IMG/VR virus record: IMGVR_UViG_2519899649_000001
Coordinates: 1 to 64,000 of that record
Reading direction: 5' to 3' (one strand)
Length of the DNA stretch: 64,000 bases
Source: a virus
Taxonomy: Duplodnaviria > Caudoviricetes
The position numbers and the translations under genes were made by a program. The notes below the pieces were generated by a model, which did not search any database, was not told the DNA's origin, and worked only from the letters and a program-made list of their open reading frames with translations. Of the stretch, positions 17,755 through 28,058 are shown in pieces; the stretch's first letter is position 1; the number at the start of each line of letters is the position of its first letter.

Positions 17755-20658
17755 GTGGCCGACACGCCGACGCCGTCTTCGGGCACCTCTGGGGAGGACC
17801 AGCTGCAACGCGCCGTCGATGCGCTGGAACGCACCATCTCCCGGTTCGCCCGGTTCCTGGAGAGCAAGGGCGCAGCCAGCCCTGGCGCATCGGGGCGCAT
17901 GGGTAACGGCGGCTGGAACTCGATGTCCAACTGGATGGGCGGACGCCCCAACGGCGGGCAGGTCCGCCAGGGGCCCGGCGGGGCGATGCAGGTCGCCTCC
18001 ATGCTGGCCCGCTCGGGCGCCGGTGGAGTCGGCGGTGCGGGCGGAGGCGGTACCCCTAACGGGGGCGGCTCGGCGTTCACCGGCGGTGGCCAGGGCGGCT
18101 CGATGGGTGCCGGGACCGGCGGCGGGATCGGTGGGGGCGGTGGGTTCTTGTCGATGCTCGCCGACCAGGCCGACGACCAGGGCGGCGCGATGGGCTTGGC
18201 TGGCAAGGCGATGGGCTCCTGGCTGGACTTCGGCAAACGGCAGATGCCCGACCAGCTCACCATGGACGCCGTCGCCTCCTCGGTGTCGATGGGCACCTCC
18301 ATGGACCCCCGCGAGGCCCGCAAGCAGTTCCTCGGGCAGCAGTTCGGGCGTAACGGGGAGGGCATCCCGGGCATCGCCTTCAACGTCCGCGACTGGGCCA
18401 ACGCCGCTCAGATGCGCCGCACCATGGGCACCCTGCCGATCCCCGGTGCCACCACCGCCCGCCAGCGCGCGGGCAACGTCGACTTCACCCAGATCGGCCT
18501 GACCAACCCCACGCTCGGGGCAGCCGGGGCCGCACGCGTCCAGCAGCAGCTCGCAGGCCCGTCCTCGACGTTCACCTTCATGAACCTGGGCGGCCGGTTG
18601 TCGGGCGGCGGCAGCAACGTGTCGATGTCGCAGATGAGCAACCAGCTGCTCAACCGCGCCGGGCTGAACCTGAACAAGATGTCCGCCAAGGACATCGAGA
18701 CGTTCTTCGCCCAGGGCGGCACCGGCCGCATCCAGGCCATCGAGTCGGGATGGTCCGAAGAGACCGTCTCAGCGATGCGCACCAACCTCCAGGGCCAGAA
18801 GAAGTTCATGGCCGACGGCGGCAACGCCGGCGACTGGGACCGGCTGGCGCAGAAGGCCGCCGACGGCGACGAAGAGGCCAAGAAGAAGATCGGCGACTAC
18901 GTCGGCGCCCAGGGCGTGCAGAAGCTCAAGGACCTCAAGGGCACCAAGATGTCGCGCTCGGCCGACATCAACGAGGACTACATGGACTCGGTCGAGGCCG
19001 CAGCGGGCGCGGCGACCGAGCTGGAAAAGGCCCTCACCAACATCATCAACCTCCCGGGGATCAAGCAGCTGGTCGCCGCATCCGGCGGCGCGAGCGTGCT
19101 GGACTCGGTCGGCAAGGGCGGCCTGATCGCCGGGGGCCTGAAGATCGCCTCCGGTGTCGGGTCGGCGATGAGTTCGGTGCAGCAGGGCAACTTGCCGGGG
19201 GCGTGGAACGCAGTCAAGGGCCTGCTGGGCGGTGCGGGCCCCGAGCCGATGAGCAAGCAGACCGACAAGGCCCCCGGCGGCAGCGGGTGCGACGGAGCCG
19301 ACTCCGGAGCCGTCGCAACGATGATCAAAGCGGGCAAGTCCAAGCTGGGCACGCCCTACCTGCTGGGCGCCCGCGAAGGCGACACCAGCAAGTTCGACTG
19401 CTCCAGCTTCGTGCAGTGGATGTACTCCCTCGCCGGGAAAAAGATCACACGCACCACCCAGACCCAGTGGCGCAACGACGGACGCCGCGTCAAGCCCGGC
19501 GAGAAGCTCCAACCAGGCGACCTGCTGTACCGGCGCACAGGATTTGGCGCACCACCAGGACACGTCGGCATGTACATCGGCGGCGGACAGGTCATCGACA
19601 CCGGCTCCAACCAGACCGGCGGCGTGAAGATCACCAAATACTCCAAGGCCCGCTGGGACATGGGCGCCAAGCGCATCCTGGGCTGCTCGCTGTCGGACAA
19701 CGCCGCCGCCAACGGCCAGGGCGGCGGAGCCCAGGGCGGGAGCGGACCCGACCAGGCCGGCGGTCAGTCCGTCGGGCAGGCCATGGGCCACATGGGCGAC
19801 AAGTACGGCTCGGTCGAAGAAGTCGAAGCCATCGCCGGGGCACTGTCGGGCGCGGACGTCGGCGTGGGGGAGGACTCGGCCACCAAGGAACGCCAGACCG
19901 AGTCCAACGGCGCATCCGACCAGAACAACTCCGGCTCGTCGTCCTACACCGGGAAGATCGACTGGTCCAAGGCCAAGTCCGGCGAGGTCGCCTCCTACTG
20001 GGACACCGGCTCCGACTCCTCCTACGGCGACACCGGCGCACCGGCGTGCGGCAAGGGGATGAAGAAGAACCACATCGCCCACCGCACGTTGAAGTGCGGC
20101 ACGAAGGTCGCCTTCCGGCACAAGGGCAAGGTCCAGATCGGTGAGGTCGGCGACCGCGGCCCCGGCATCCCCGACCGCGAATACGACATCTCCACGTACA
20201 TGATGGCGCAGTTCGGCCAGGGCTTCTGGGACCCCAAGCGCCCCAAGGCATCCGGCCAGGGCCTGGTGCGCGCCGAGTACGTGGTGCTGGGCGGCGGCGA
20301 CAAGGGAAGCCAGCCCCCGGGCCTGGACGCCAACGGCCGCCCCAAGCGCAACGCCTACGCCACCGGCGCGTGGGAGACCGAGGACGAGACCGCCGACCTA
20401 CACAAAGGCGAGATGGTCCTGCCCAAGGAAGTCGCCGAGCAGGTCCGCGAAGTGCTGGCCAAAGCGTCGGTGTTCAAGACCCGCCCTGCCCAGACCGGCA
20501 GTGGGGGCGGCAAGCTCGCGCTGCACTTCGGGCAGGGCTCGGTCGTGTTCCGCGTGAGCGGCACCGTCACCCCCGAGTCCGCCCAGGCCGCCGCCCGCGC
20601 GTTCGCCCAGCAGCTGGCCCGCGAACGTGTGTACGAGCTGATGGGCGCCGGGGGGTAA
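17755..20658 (+). CDS. Tape-measure-like protein 1 with NlpC/P60 and RlpA-like DPBB domains
   Basis: Gly-rich/helical N-half; LGTPYLLG...FDCSSFV...PGDLLY...GHVGMYIG (NlpC/P60); VASYW...IAHRTLKCGT...GDRGP...YDIS (RlpA); LHKGEMVLP C-terminal motif. Confidence 0.8.
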   Translation: MADTPTPSSGTSGEDQLQRAVDALERTISRFARFLESKGAASPGASGRMGNGGWNSMSNWMGGRPNGGQVRQGPGGAMQVASMLARSGAGGVGGAGGGGTPNGGGSAFTGGGQGGSMGAGTGGGIGGGGGFLSMLADQADDQGGAMGLAGKAMGSWLDFGKRQMPDQLTMDAVASSVSMGTSMDPREARKQFLGQQFGRNGEGIPGIAFNVRDWANAAQMRRTMGTLPIPGATTARQRAGNVDFTQIGLTNPTLGAAGAARVQQQLAGPSSTFTFMNLGGRLSGGGSNVSMSQMSNQLLNRAGLNLNKMSAKDIETFFAQGGTGRIQAIESGWSEETVSAMRTNLQGQKKFMADGGNAGDWDRLAQKAADGDEEAKKKIGDYVGAQGVQKLKDLKGTKMSRSADINEDYMDSVEAAAGAATELEKALTNIINLPGIKQLVAASGGASVLDSVGKGGLIAGGLKIASGVGSAMSSVQQGNLPGAWNAVKGLLGGAGPEPMSKQTDKAPGGSGCDGADSGAVATMIKAGKSKLGTPYLLGAREGDTSKFDCSSFVQWMYSLAGKKITRTTQTQWRNDGRRVKPGEKLQPGDLLYRRTGFGAPPGHVGMYIGGGQVIDTGSNQTGGVKITKYSKARWDMGAKRILGCSLSDNAAANGQGGGAQGGSGPDQAGGQSVGQAMGHMGDKYGSVEEVEAIAGALSGADVGVGEDSATKERQTESNGASDQNNSGSSSYTGKIDWSKAKSGEVASYWDTGSDSSYGDTGAPACGKGMKKNHIAHRTLKCGTKVAFRHKGKVQIGEVGDRGPGIPDREYDISTYMMAQFGQGFWDPKRPKASGQGLVRAEYVVLGGGDKGSQPPGLDANGRPKRNAYATGAWETEDETADLHKGEMVLPKEVAEQVREVLAKASVFKTRPAQTGSGGGKLALHFGQGSVVFRVSGTVTPESAQAAARAFAQQLARERVYELMGAGG

Positions 20659-20661
20659 GCC

Positions 20662-23394
20662 ATGCCACCACGCATCAAGCGCATCATCGGCGCCAACGAC
20701 CTGGAGCGCACCGCCGAACGGCTGATCTGCGCGGCGGCGACCTGGGACAAGGCCATCTCGCGGTGGGAGCAGCTCCAGTCCGCGGCCAACCGGCTGACCG
20801 GTGGCGGCATCGGCTACACCGCCACCCGTTCGCCCGGCTGGAACGCCGGGTCCAACTACTCGGCCAATCGCGCCAACGGCGGTGGAGCACGGTTCTCCTC
20901 CACCAGCTATCGCACGCCTCAACGTCCCGCCCCTCGTCGGGGACCAGGGGCGGCAGGTAGCGGAGCCCGAGGCACCAGCTCCGGCGGTGGCGGTGGCGGT
21001 GGCGGAGGAGCGTTCGGCGGCGTGGCCCCCTCACCCAGCGGCGGCGGCGGCGGTGGTGGTGGCGGGTTCCTGTCGCAGATGAGCGGCAGCCTGCCCCTGG
21101 GCGCGGGCAAAGCCTTGAGCGCGATGATCGGCTACGGCAACCAGCACATGGGCGAGCAGCTGAGCATCGACGCCTATGTGTCCAGCGCCTCGATGGGGAT
21201 GAACGGCAACGCCGCCGATGGCCGCGACCAGCTGCGCCGCCAGATCTTCGGCCGCAACGGACAGGCGATCCCGTCGGTCGGGTTCAACGTCAACGACACT
21301 TTGCGCGGCGAGATGATCCGCCGTGACATCGCTGGCGGCCCCGTCGGGTACGGGCCTGGCTCGACCGCACGCTCGCGCGCCGCCTACAGCGACTACATGG
21401 GCATCTCCTACGCCATGCCCGAACGGTCCGCCGAACAGGTCGCCAAGTTCCAAGCCCAGTTCGCCTCCTCCGCCGGGACGTTCACCGGACTGAACCTGGG
21501 CCTGACGCCCTCCGGCGACGGAACCAGCTTCGGACCCGGTGACATCCACGCCGGAATCATGAACCGCATCGGCCAAAAGACGCTCTCGGACAAGGACACC
21601 GAGACGCTCTACTCCCAGGGCGGCACCGGCTACATCCAGGCGATCCAGTCAGGGTTCGACCCCGACATGCTCAAGGAGTACGGCCTGGCCATGAACAAGG
21701 CCCGCCGCAAGGGCGTCTCCGACAGCGACTTCAAAGAGACGCTGAAGAAGGCGGGCGAGGATGACGCCGAGGCCCAGGAGAAGGCCGCCGAGTGGGGCAT
21801 GGACAAGGACCGGCTGCGCGCGGTCAAGCGGCTCAACTCCACGCGCCAGTCCCGCCAGGCCGACATCAACGAGGACTTCACCAGCGCGGTGAAGGGCGCC
21901 GCCGAGGTGGCCGCCGAGTTCGAGAAGGCATTGAGCGGCATCATCAACCTGCCGATCATCAAGCAGATCGTGGGGGCCTCGGGCGGCGGTGCGGTGCTGG
22001 ACTCGGTCGGCAAGAGCGGCTGGGCCGCCGGGATCGGCAAACTGCTGATGGGCGGGTTCGGGCCCTCGGTCGGCGGCCTGATGGGCGGCCTGGACCTGAC
22101 CCCCACCATGCGCAGCGCCAAGGCCGACATCCAGTCCCGCATCAAGGGCTTCCCGTCGGTGGGGTGCCTTCGCCCCGGCGACCCCCAGGACCACGGCAAG
22201 GGCATGGCGTGTGACTTCATGACCTCCCGGATCGGCAAGCGCTCCACCGGGAGCGAAGAAGCCCTGGGCGACCGGACCGCCGCCTACGCCATCGCCAACG
22301 CCTCGCGACTGGGCATCAAGTACGTGATCTGGAAACAGCGGATCTTCAACATCAGCCGCGGCGACAAGAAGTGGCGCCGCATGGGCGACCGCGGCAGCAT
22401 CACCCAGAACCACTACGACCACGTTCATATCTCGGTGGTGGCCGGCCGCCCGTCCGACCCCAACGCCCCCGTCGTGATGCCCAACGGCGCAGGTGGTGGC
22501 GTGGCCCTGGGCGACGGTGGCAAGGAGAAGAAGCAGGACCCCTCCAACCCCGGCGACAGCCACGGTACCTCGACCGGCTCTGATGCGATGGGCAACAAGT
22601 ACGGGTCGGTGGAGGAAGTCGAGTCGTTGGCCGCGGCCCTGGCCGGAGACGGCGGAACAGCGGGCTTTGCCAGCAGCGACAGCAACGGCTCGGGGACTGG
22701 CCGCGAGAACGGCAGCGGCGCGGCGTCCGGGCAGCAGAGCAGCGGAGGCACAGGAGGCGACGCCCATGCTCAATGCAAGCTCGACGACAAGAAGTGCCTG
22801 AAGGAACTGGCCAAGGGGCTGGCTTCCAAACACGGCTGGGGCTCAGGCGCCCAATGGGAAGCTCTGGACTGGCTGATCCAGCACGAGTCGTCCTGGAACC
22901 CCAAAGCACAGAACCCGTCCTCGGGCGCTTACGGCCTGCCCCAAGCGCTGCCCGGCAACAAGATGGCCAGCGTCGGCAAGGACTGGAAGACCAACCCGTC
23001 CACACAGCTCAAGTGGATGCTGCGGTACATCAAGGGCCGTTACAAGGACCCGCTCGGCGCGCAGAAGTTCTGGCGGCAGCACAACTGGTACCGCGATGGT
23101 GCCTACGACGTGCGCGCCGACGAGACCGCCCAGGTCCATAAGGGCGAGTCGATCCTGCCGGTGCGACCCGCTGAGAAGGTCCGCGAGGCCATCGCCCGCC
23201 AGTCGCTGTTCTCCCACGGCGGAGACGGTGACCACGCCGACGAAGTGGCGATCCGGTTCGCCGACAACTTCGTGGACACCGACCTGCCGGGCGGCGACGG
23301 CACCACCGGCGACCAGCTGCGCAACACCAGCATCGAGCTGCGGCGGCTGCTGGACCGAGAACACCTGTACGAAACGATCGCCGGGGGAGTTTGA
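20662..23394 (+). CDS. Tape-measure-like protein 2 with M15-like peptidase and SLT lytic transglycosylase domains
   Basis: Paralogue of the previous gene; DHGKGMACDF...YVIWKQRI...NHYDHVHISV (Zn peptidase H-x6-D...HxH); QWEALDWLIQHESSWNPKAQNPSSGAYGLPQAL (SLT); VHKGESILP. Confidence 0.8.
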   Translation: MPPRIKRIIGANDLERTAERLICAAATWDKAISRWEQLQSAANRLTGGGIGYTATRSPGWNAGSNYSANRANGGGARFSSTSYRTPQRPAPRRGPGAAGSGARGTSSGGGGGGGGGAFGGVAPSPSGGGGGGGGGFLSQMSGSLPLGAGKALSAMIGYGNQHMGEQLSIDAYVSSASMGMNGNAADGRDQLRRQIFGRNGQAIPSVGFNVNDTLRGEMIRRDIAGGPVGYGPGSTARSRAAYSDYMGISYAMPERSAEQVAKFQAQFASSAGTFTGLNLGLTPSGDGTSFGPGDIHAGIMNRIGQKTLSDKDTETLYSQGGTGYIQAIQSGFDPDMLKEYGLAMNKARRKGVSDSDFKETLKKAGEDDAEAQEKAAEWGMDKDRLRAVKRLNSTRQSRQADINEDFTSAVKGAAEVAAEFEKALSGIINLPIIKQIVGASGGGAVLDSVGKSGWAAGIGKLLMGGFGPSVGGLMGGLDLTPTMRSAKADIQSRIKGFPSVGCLRPGDPQDHGKGMACDFMTSRIGKRSTGSEEALGDRTAAYAIANASRLGIKYVIWKQRIFNISRGDKKWRRMGDRGSITQNHYDHVHISVVAGRPSDPNAPVVMPNGAGGGVALGDGGKEKKQDPSNPGDSHGTSTGSDAMGNKYGSVEEVESLAAALAGDGGTAGFASSDSNGSGTGRENGSGAASGQQSSGGTGGDAHAQCKLDDKKCLKELAKGLASKHGWGSGAQWEALDWLIQHESSWNPKAQNPSSGAYGLPQALPGNKMASVGKDWKTNPSTQLKWMLRYIKGRYKDPLGAQKFWRQHNWYRDGAYDVRADETAQVHKGESILPVRPAEKVREAIARQSLFSHGGDGDHADEVAIRFADNFVDTDLPGGDGTTGDQLRNTSIELRRLLDREHLYETIAGGV

Positions 23395-23395
23395 C

Positions 23396-24337
23396 ATGCC
23401 GCCCAAGAAGTCCTGCGAGGAGCGGTTCCCCGGGAACCCTCGCGCCATCGCCACCTGCAAGAAGATCGAGAAGATGAAGGGGCAAGGCGAGGCGGAGAAG
23501 GCCAAGAAGAAGCCTGACGACAAGAAGGACGACAAGTCCAAGCCGCAGGTTCTGCGCCGCCGCTACACCAACCCCGACTTCGAGCTGTGGAAGCGCAAGC
23601 GGTCTTTCGCCGGGGACAAGGCCAACGACCGCGGGGAGATCCTGCGTCGGGGACGGCTGTGGCGCCGCGAGTGGGACGGGAAGGTCCCCAAAGCGGACGA
23701 AGCGCAGATGTTCCAGTTCCTCTACAACCCCAGCGAGATCACGGTCTCCTACAACTCCCAGATCAAGCCCGAGGCCCTCAAAGAGGTTCTGACCGCCCAG
23801 TACAAGAAGCCAGAAAGCGGCACGCCGCCGAACCTGGTGGGGATGGTCCCGGTTCCTTCCGAACCCAACACCGGCAACATCTCGCTGCAACTGCTGTGCG
23901 ACCGCACCTACGAGACCTGGCTGAAGCCCGGCAAAGGCAAAGGCACCCTGGCCCAGGAGATGGGCGTCCTGGTCGACGTGCAGGTCTTCCACGAGATGCT
24001 CGGCATGAGCAACTTCGACATGAACGCCGAGTTCTTCAACTTCGCCGGTTCACCGCAGTACCAGGGACCCTACATTCGCAACACCCTGACCGTTCCTCCG
24101 TCGCCCACCACCGTGATGCTGGAACTGGGGCCACTGCGCTACTACGGCTACATCCTGAATTTTTCGGTCAGCTACACGCACTTCACTGCTTACTTGGTGC
24201 CCAACCGGTGCGTGATCAGTACCAACATCACGCTGTTGCCGCCCCCGAACTACCGCCTTCAGGAACAGCAGCAAAGCACCGACGGTGGCAGCGGCGATGA
24301 CGCGGGCGGCCGTGCCGGGCGAGCAGGAGGCAACTGA
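23396..24337 (+). CDS. Tail tube initiator/baseplate-tube junction protein
   Basis: FQFLYNPSEITVSY and YYGYILNFSVSYTHF..LVPNRC motifs; follows tape measure. Confidence 0.65.
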   Translation: MPPKKSCEERFPGNPRAIATCKKIEKMKGQGEAEKAKKKPDDKKDDKSKPQVLRRRYTNPDFELWKRKRSFAGDKANDRGEILRRGRLWRREWDGKVPKADEAQMFQFLYNPSEITVSYNSQIKPEALKEVLTAQYKKPESGTPPNLVGMVPVPSEPNTGNISLQLLCDRTYETWLKPGKGKGTLAQEMGVLVDVQVFHEMLGMSNFDMNAEFFNFAGSPQYQGPYIRNTLTVPPSPTTVMLELGPLRYYGYILNFSVSYTHFTAYLVPNRCVISTNITLLPPPNYRLQEQQQSTDGGSGDDAGGRAGRAGGN

Positions 24338-24609
24338 TGGCTATTCCGGCGTCTTCGCGCTACTACGGCGCCAATGTCGTGCCCGTCGAGGTCAACGGAC
24401 AGGTCCGCAACACCATGTACCCCGGCGAGCAGGGCCCGTTCGTCTTCTCCTACACCAAGGTGCTCTTGGGGCCGCGCCGTCTCGACCAGCTGGCGTACGA
24501 GGTCTACGGCGACGACCAGCAGTGGTGGCGCATCGCCGACGCCAACCCCGAGATCGTCGACTTCTTCGACCTGCCGCCCGACACCGAGTTGCGGGTGCCC
24601 CGTGACTAG
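24337..24609 (+). CDS. LysM-like baseplate protein (tail X/gp53-like)
   Basis: RLDQLAYEVYGDDQQWWRIADANP...LRVP. Confidence 0.85.
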   Translation: MAIPASSRYYGANVVPVEVNGQVRNTMYPGEQGPFVFSYTKVLLGPRRLDQLAYEVYGDDQQWWRIADANPEIVDFFDLPPDTELRVPRD

Positions 24610-25807
24610 CACTCCCGACAGCCAATGGTCGCTTCCGGTCACCCAGCTGCTGCGCCCGCCCGACGGGGTGACCAACCCCGGCGCCATCCACAGCTTGGAG
24701 ATTCGGCAGGAATTCGGCAGGCACACCCTGGCTTTCGTCCAGCTGACCGGCCAGCTAGCGGGCAACCGCAACCGGCAGACCTGGCCTGAAGGCTCCCCGG
24801 TGGCGCTGGGCTACGGCAGCACCGGCGACACCGACCGCTGGTACGGATACGTGCATCACGCCGAGTTCCTGCGCGACCGGTCGGCGGGCACCCCACAGGC
24901 CCAGACGTTCTCCTACGTCCTGATCGGCACCTCCTGGCCGCTGAACTGTGGGCACGTGCGGTCCTGGCGCAGCGTCACCGACTCCTACATCACCCGCAGG
25001 ATCGCCTTGGGCGCGGGCCTGTCGCCAGTCACCGACACCACCCCGATCCGGCACCGGTACCTGGCCCAATCCGCCGACCAGAGCGATTGGCAGTTCCTGC
25101 TCGACCGCGCCGCCGAGAACGGCTACCGGCTGCACATCGACGGCCCCGACGCGACCCTGCTGCACCCGCGGACCTATCTGGCTGGCGGGCTCAGCAATGA
25201 CATCCCCACCTACTGGTTCGGCCACCAGGTCGCCGACGTCACCCGCTTTGAGATGATCGCCGGCACCCAGACCCCCGTGGGCGGCGTGAAGGCCACCCGC
25301 ACCGTGTACGGCCTGGACCGCACCACCGGCCGCACCGTGGCTGCCACCTCCGGCACGGGCACCCTCAAACAGATCAAGAACCCACGCCCGGCCGCGTCCT
25401 TCGGAGAGGCCCGTGCGCTGGCCCGAGCCGAATCGGCCGCCAACGCCGACTGGCTGGTGGCCGAAGCCGACCTGCGAGGGTCACCGCGGCTGCGTCCCGG
25501 GCGGCTGATCCGGCTGGTCGGCCAAGCGCTGCCCCGGCACGCGGAGGGAACCTGGCTGATCACCGCCGCCCGGCACCGCCTGGGGACCCCCCAACTCGGT
25601 GACCCGCTCACTGGCTTCTACAACACCCAGGTCCGCCTGGTCCGCAACCGCAACACCGGCTACACCACCGCCGACGTCCACAACGCCTCCACCGGCGGCG
25701 GCATGCACTTGGTGCCTGACCCCGACACCGGCGTCCAACGCTGGATCGCCAACATCCAGCGACCCTCCATCCACCATCCGCACACCGCCCACCAGGACCA
25801 CCCATGA
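24602..25807 (+). CDS. Baseplate hub protein (gp27/late control D-like)
   Basis: QSDWQFLLDRAAENGY, GSPRLRPG...GTWLITAARH motifs. Confidence 0.75.
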   Translation: MTSTPDSQWSLPVTQLLRPPDGVTNPGAIHSLEIRQEFGRHTLAFVQLTGQLAGNRNRQTWPEGSPVALGYGSTGDTDRWYGYVHHAEFLRDRSAGTPQAQTFSYVLIGTSWPLNCGHVRSWRSVTDSYITRRIALGAGLSPVTDTTPIRHRYLAQSADQSDWQFLLDRAAENGYRLHIDGPDATLLHPRTYLAGGLSNDIPTYWFGHQVADVTRFEMIAGTQTPVGGVKATRTVYGLDRTTGRTVAATSGTGTLKQIKNPRPAASFGEARALARAESAANADWLVAEADLRGSPRLRPGRLIRLVGQALPRHAEGTWLITAARHRLGTPQLGDPLTGFYNTQVRLVRNRNTGYTTADVHNASTGGGMHLVPDPDTGVQRWIANIQRPSIHHPHTAHQDHP

Positions 25808-26052
25808 CCCAGCACTGCGGCATCTACCCCGCCACGGTCACCGCCGTACACAACACACGCATCCGCGCCCGCGTCCCGCACGTGCTGGGCAGCGCAGTCT
25901 GCCAGTGGGCCTCACCGATGATCATCCCTGTGGCGATGCCCGCCCCCGGCGACCAAGTGCTGGTGATGTTCCTGGGGGGAGACATCCGCCAACCGGTCTG
26001 GATCGGCGGCAGCGCCGCAACACCACCACCCGTCCCGCCGCCGGGGCCGTGA
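25804..26052 (+). CDS. Baseplate spike (gp5/gpV OB-fold), short
   Basis: YPATV...RIRARVPHVLG...WA...PAPGDQVLVMFLGGDIRQPVWIG. Confidence 0.8.
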   Translation: MTQHCGIYPATVTAVHNTRIRARVPHVLGSAVCQWASPMIIPVAMPAPGDQVLVMFLGGDIRQPVWIGGSAATPPPVPPPGP

Positions 26053-26062
26053 GGAGACCACC

Positions 26063-26473
26063 ATGCCCAAAGAGATCGCCGTTCCGTTCCGGCTGGACAG
26101 CACTGGCCGCGTCGCCGTCCAGGAAGACCCCGACCGCCAGATCAACGCCCACGCCATGGGCTTGGCCGCCACCACCAACGGTGAGCGCGTCATGATGACG
26201 CCCTACGGCTGCTCGCTGATCGAGCTGGTGTTTGAAAACAACACCCAAGAAGTCAGCGGAGAAATCGTCGACCGTGTCGCCACGGGCCTGGGGAAATGGG
26301 AGCCGGGCATCAAACTCCGCGGAGTGCGCCCGACCTACAACGACCAGGGCCTAGCCAAGGTCGAACTCGACATCGCCACCGTCGACAGCCCCGGCACCCA
26401 CGCCGGCGACTCCTACGTCAACACGGCCACCGTTCACGTCGGCGGCCGAGTCACCGAGGTTATACGCGGCTGA
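26063..26473 (+). CDS. Baseplate wedge protein (gp25/gpW-like)
   Basis: PFRLDSTG, TTNGERVMMTPYGC, LGKWEP motifs. Confidence 0.85.
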   Translation: MPKEIAVPFRLDSTGRVAVQEDPDRQINAHAMGLAATTNGERVMMTPYGCSLIELVFENNTQEVSGEIVDRVATGLGKWEPGIKLRGVRPTYNDQGLAKVELDIATVDSPGTHAGDSYVNTATVHVGGRVTEVIRG

Positions 26474-26581
26474 TATTCGGTATCCGGCACACGTCCGGGC
26501 GACAATAAAACCAACCGACTTGCTTTCGCGCCAGCGGAGAACTGACACGGGATAGGCCGAAGCCCTGCTTCGAGGTGTCCC

Positions 26582-28051
26582 GTGGCTGACCCGCTGATTG
26601 ATTACACCGCGCGTGACTACCAGATGGCCAAAACTGCCCTTCTGGAGTACGCGCGGCAGGTTTTTCCAGAATGGACCTCCAGGTCTGAAGGCGACTTCGG
26701 CGTCTTGATGACGGAACTGTTCTCCTACATCACCGACCTGCTCAGCTATAACTGCGACCGCGCGGCGATGGAAGCATTCCTGCCGACGGCCACCCAACGC
26801 ATGAGCGTGCTGGCCATCGCCGACATGCTGGGATATCTGCCGCACAACGGCGCACCCGCACAAGGCGCAGTATGGGTCAAGACCGAAGACGACGCCCCCG
26901 CCGCGGTGATCCTCAAGGCAGGAACCCAGTTCGCCGCCGAACTCGACATCGAGTCCGACGAAGTGATCATCTTCGAGTCCGACGCCGACGTGACGATCCC
27001 CGCCGACCACAGCCCGACCGAAATCAAGGTCACCCAAGGCGAGACGGTCCGCGACCAACTGGTGGGCACATCCACCGGCGAGGCCGGGCAACGCTTCCGG
27101 CTCCCACGCACCGGCGTTCTCCACGACACCGTGAAGATCGAGGTCGTCGAAGCCTACGGACCCTCCCCGTGGGCCCGCGTGGACCACATCGTGGACGCCG
27201 ACCCCAGCGACAAAGCGTTCACCGTCCGCACCGACTCCAACGGTGTCACCTGGGTGCGGTTCGGCGACGGCATCACCGGCGCCATTCCCAGCAGAGACCA
27301 GCAGATCCGCGCCACGTTCCGGGTCGCCGACGGGATCAAGGGCAACCTGGACTCCGGCAAGATCGTCATGATCGCGTCGGAGAACATCTACGGCGTCGAA
27401 CTGGCGCCCGACGGCGGCGGCCAGCCGCGCTCCACCGAAATGCGCGGCGGAGCCGACCCCGAATCCACCGAGTCGATCCGCGGCACCGCCCCGCTCCAGT
27501 ACCGCACCCAGGACCGGTGCGTGTCGATCGACGATTACAAGCAGGAAGCCTTGAGCGTGCCGGGCGTGGTCAAGGCCACCGCCATCGCCGAGCACTTCTC
27601 GTCGGTGAACGTGTTCGTCGCCGGGCCGGGCGGCAGCTCTCCCAACGCCCGGATGATCGAGCGGATCTATGAGCACCTGCGCGGACGCATCCAGGCGGGC
27701 ATCACTGTGTCGGTGGCCGGGCCCAAACTGGTCCCGATCGACGTAGGGGTCACCCTGTGGCTGGAACCGCGCACCGACGTGGCGCACGCGAAGTTCCGCG
27801 CCAAGGAAGCCGTCAGCCGACTCCTGAGCCCCGACCGCACTGAATTCGGCATGTGCATCAGCGTCTCGGCGATCGTCGCCGAGCTGATGCGGCTGGAAGG
27901 CGTCTACTCGGCGCGCGTCACCAAGCTCATGCGCAAGGGCGGCACCGACAAGAACCCCGAGCTGCGCGACCTGGGCCTGAGGCCCATCGAGCTGCCCACC
28001 GCCGGGACCATCAACGTCGCCGTCGGCGACCGCACCACGATCTGTAAGTGA
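26582..28051 (+). CDS. Baseplate J-like wedge protein
   Basis: IDYTARDY, WTSRSEGDFG, FGDGITGAIP, GGADPES, RCVSIDDY. Confidence 0.9.
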   Translation: MADPLIDYTARDYQMAKTALLEYARQVFPEWTSRSEGDFGVLMTELFSYITDLLSYNCDRAAMEAFLPTATQRMSVLAIADMLGYLPHNGAPAQGAVWVKTEDDAPAAVILKAGTQFAAELDIESDEVIIFESDADVTIPADHSPTEIKVTQGETVRDQLVGTSTGEAGQRFRLPRTGVLHDTVKIEVVEAYGPSPWARVDHIVDADPSDKAFTVRTDSNGVTWVRFGDGITGAIPSRDQQIRATFRVADGIKGNLDSGKIVMIASENIYGVELAPDGGGQPRSTEMRGGADPESTESIRGTAPLQYRTQDRCVSIDDYKQEALSVPGVVKATAIAEHFSSVNVFVAGPGGSSPNARMIERIYEHLRGRIQAGITVSVAGPKLVPIDVGVTLWLEPRTDVAHAKFRAKEAVSRLLSPDRTEFGMCISVSAIVAELMRLEGVYSARVTKLMRKGGTDKNPELRDLGLRPIELPTAGTINVAVGDRTTICK

Positions 28052-28058
28052 GGCCGCC

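Noticed and set aside
20980-21065. GGC/GGT trinucleotide runs as a microsatellite or phase-variation tract
   Set aside because: They encode in-frame poly-Gly linkers with mixed codons
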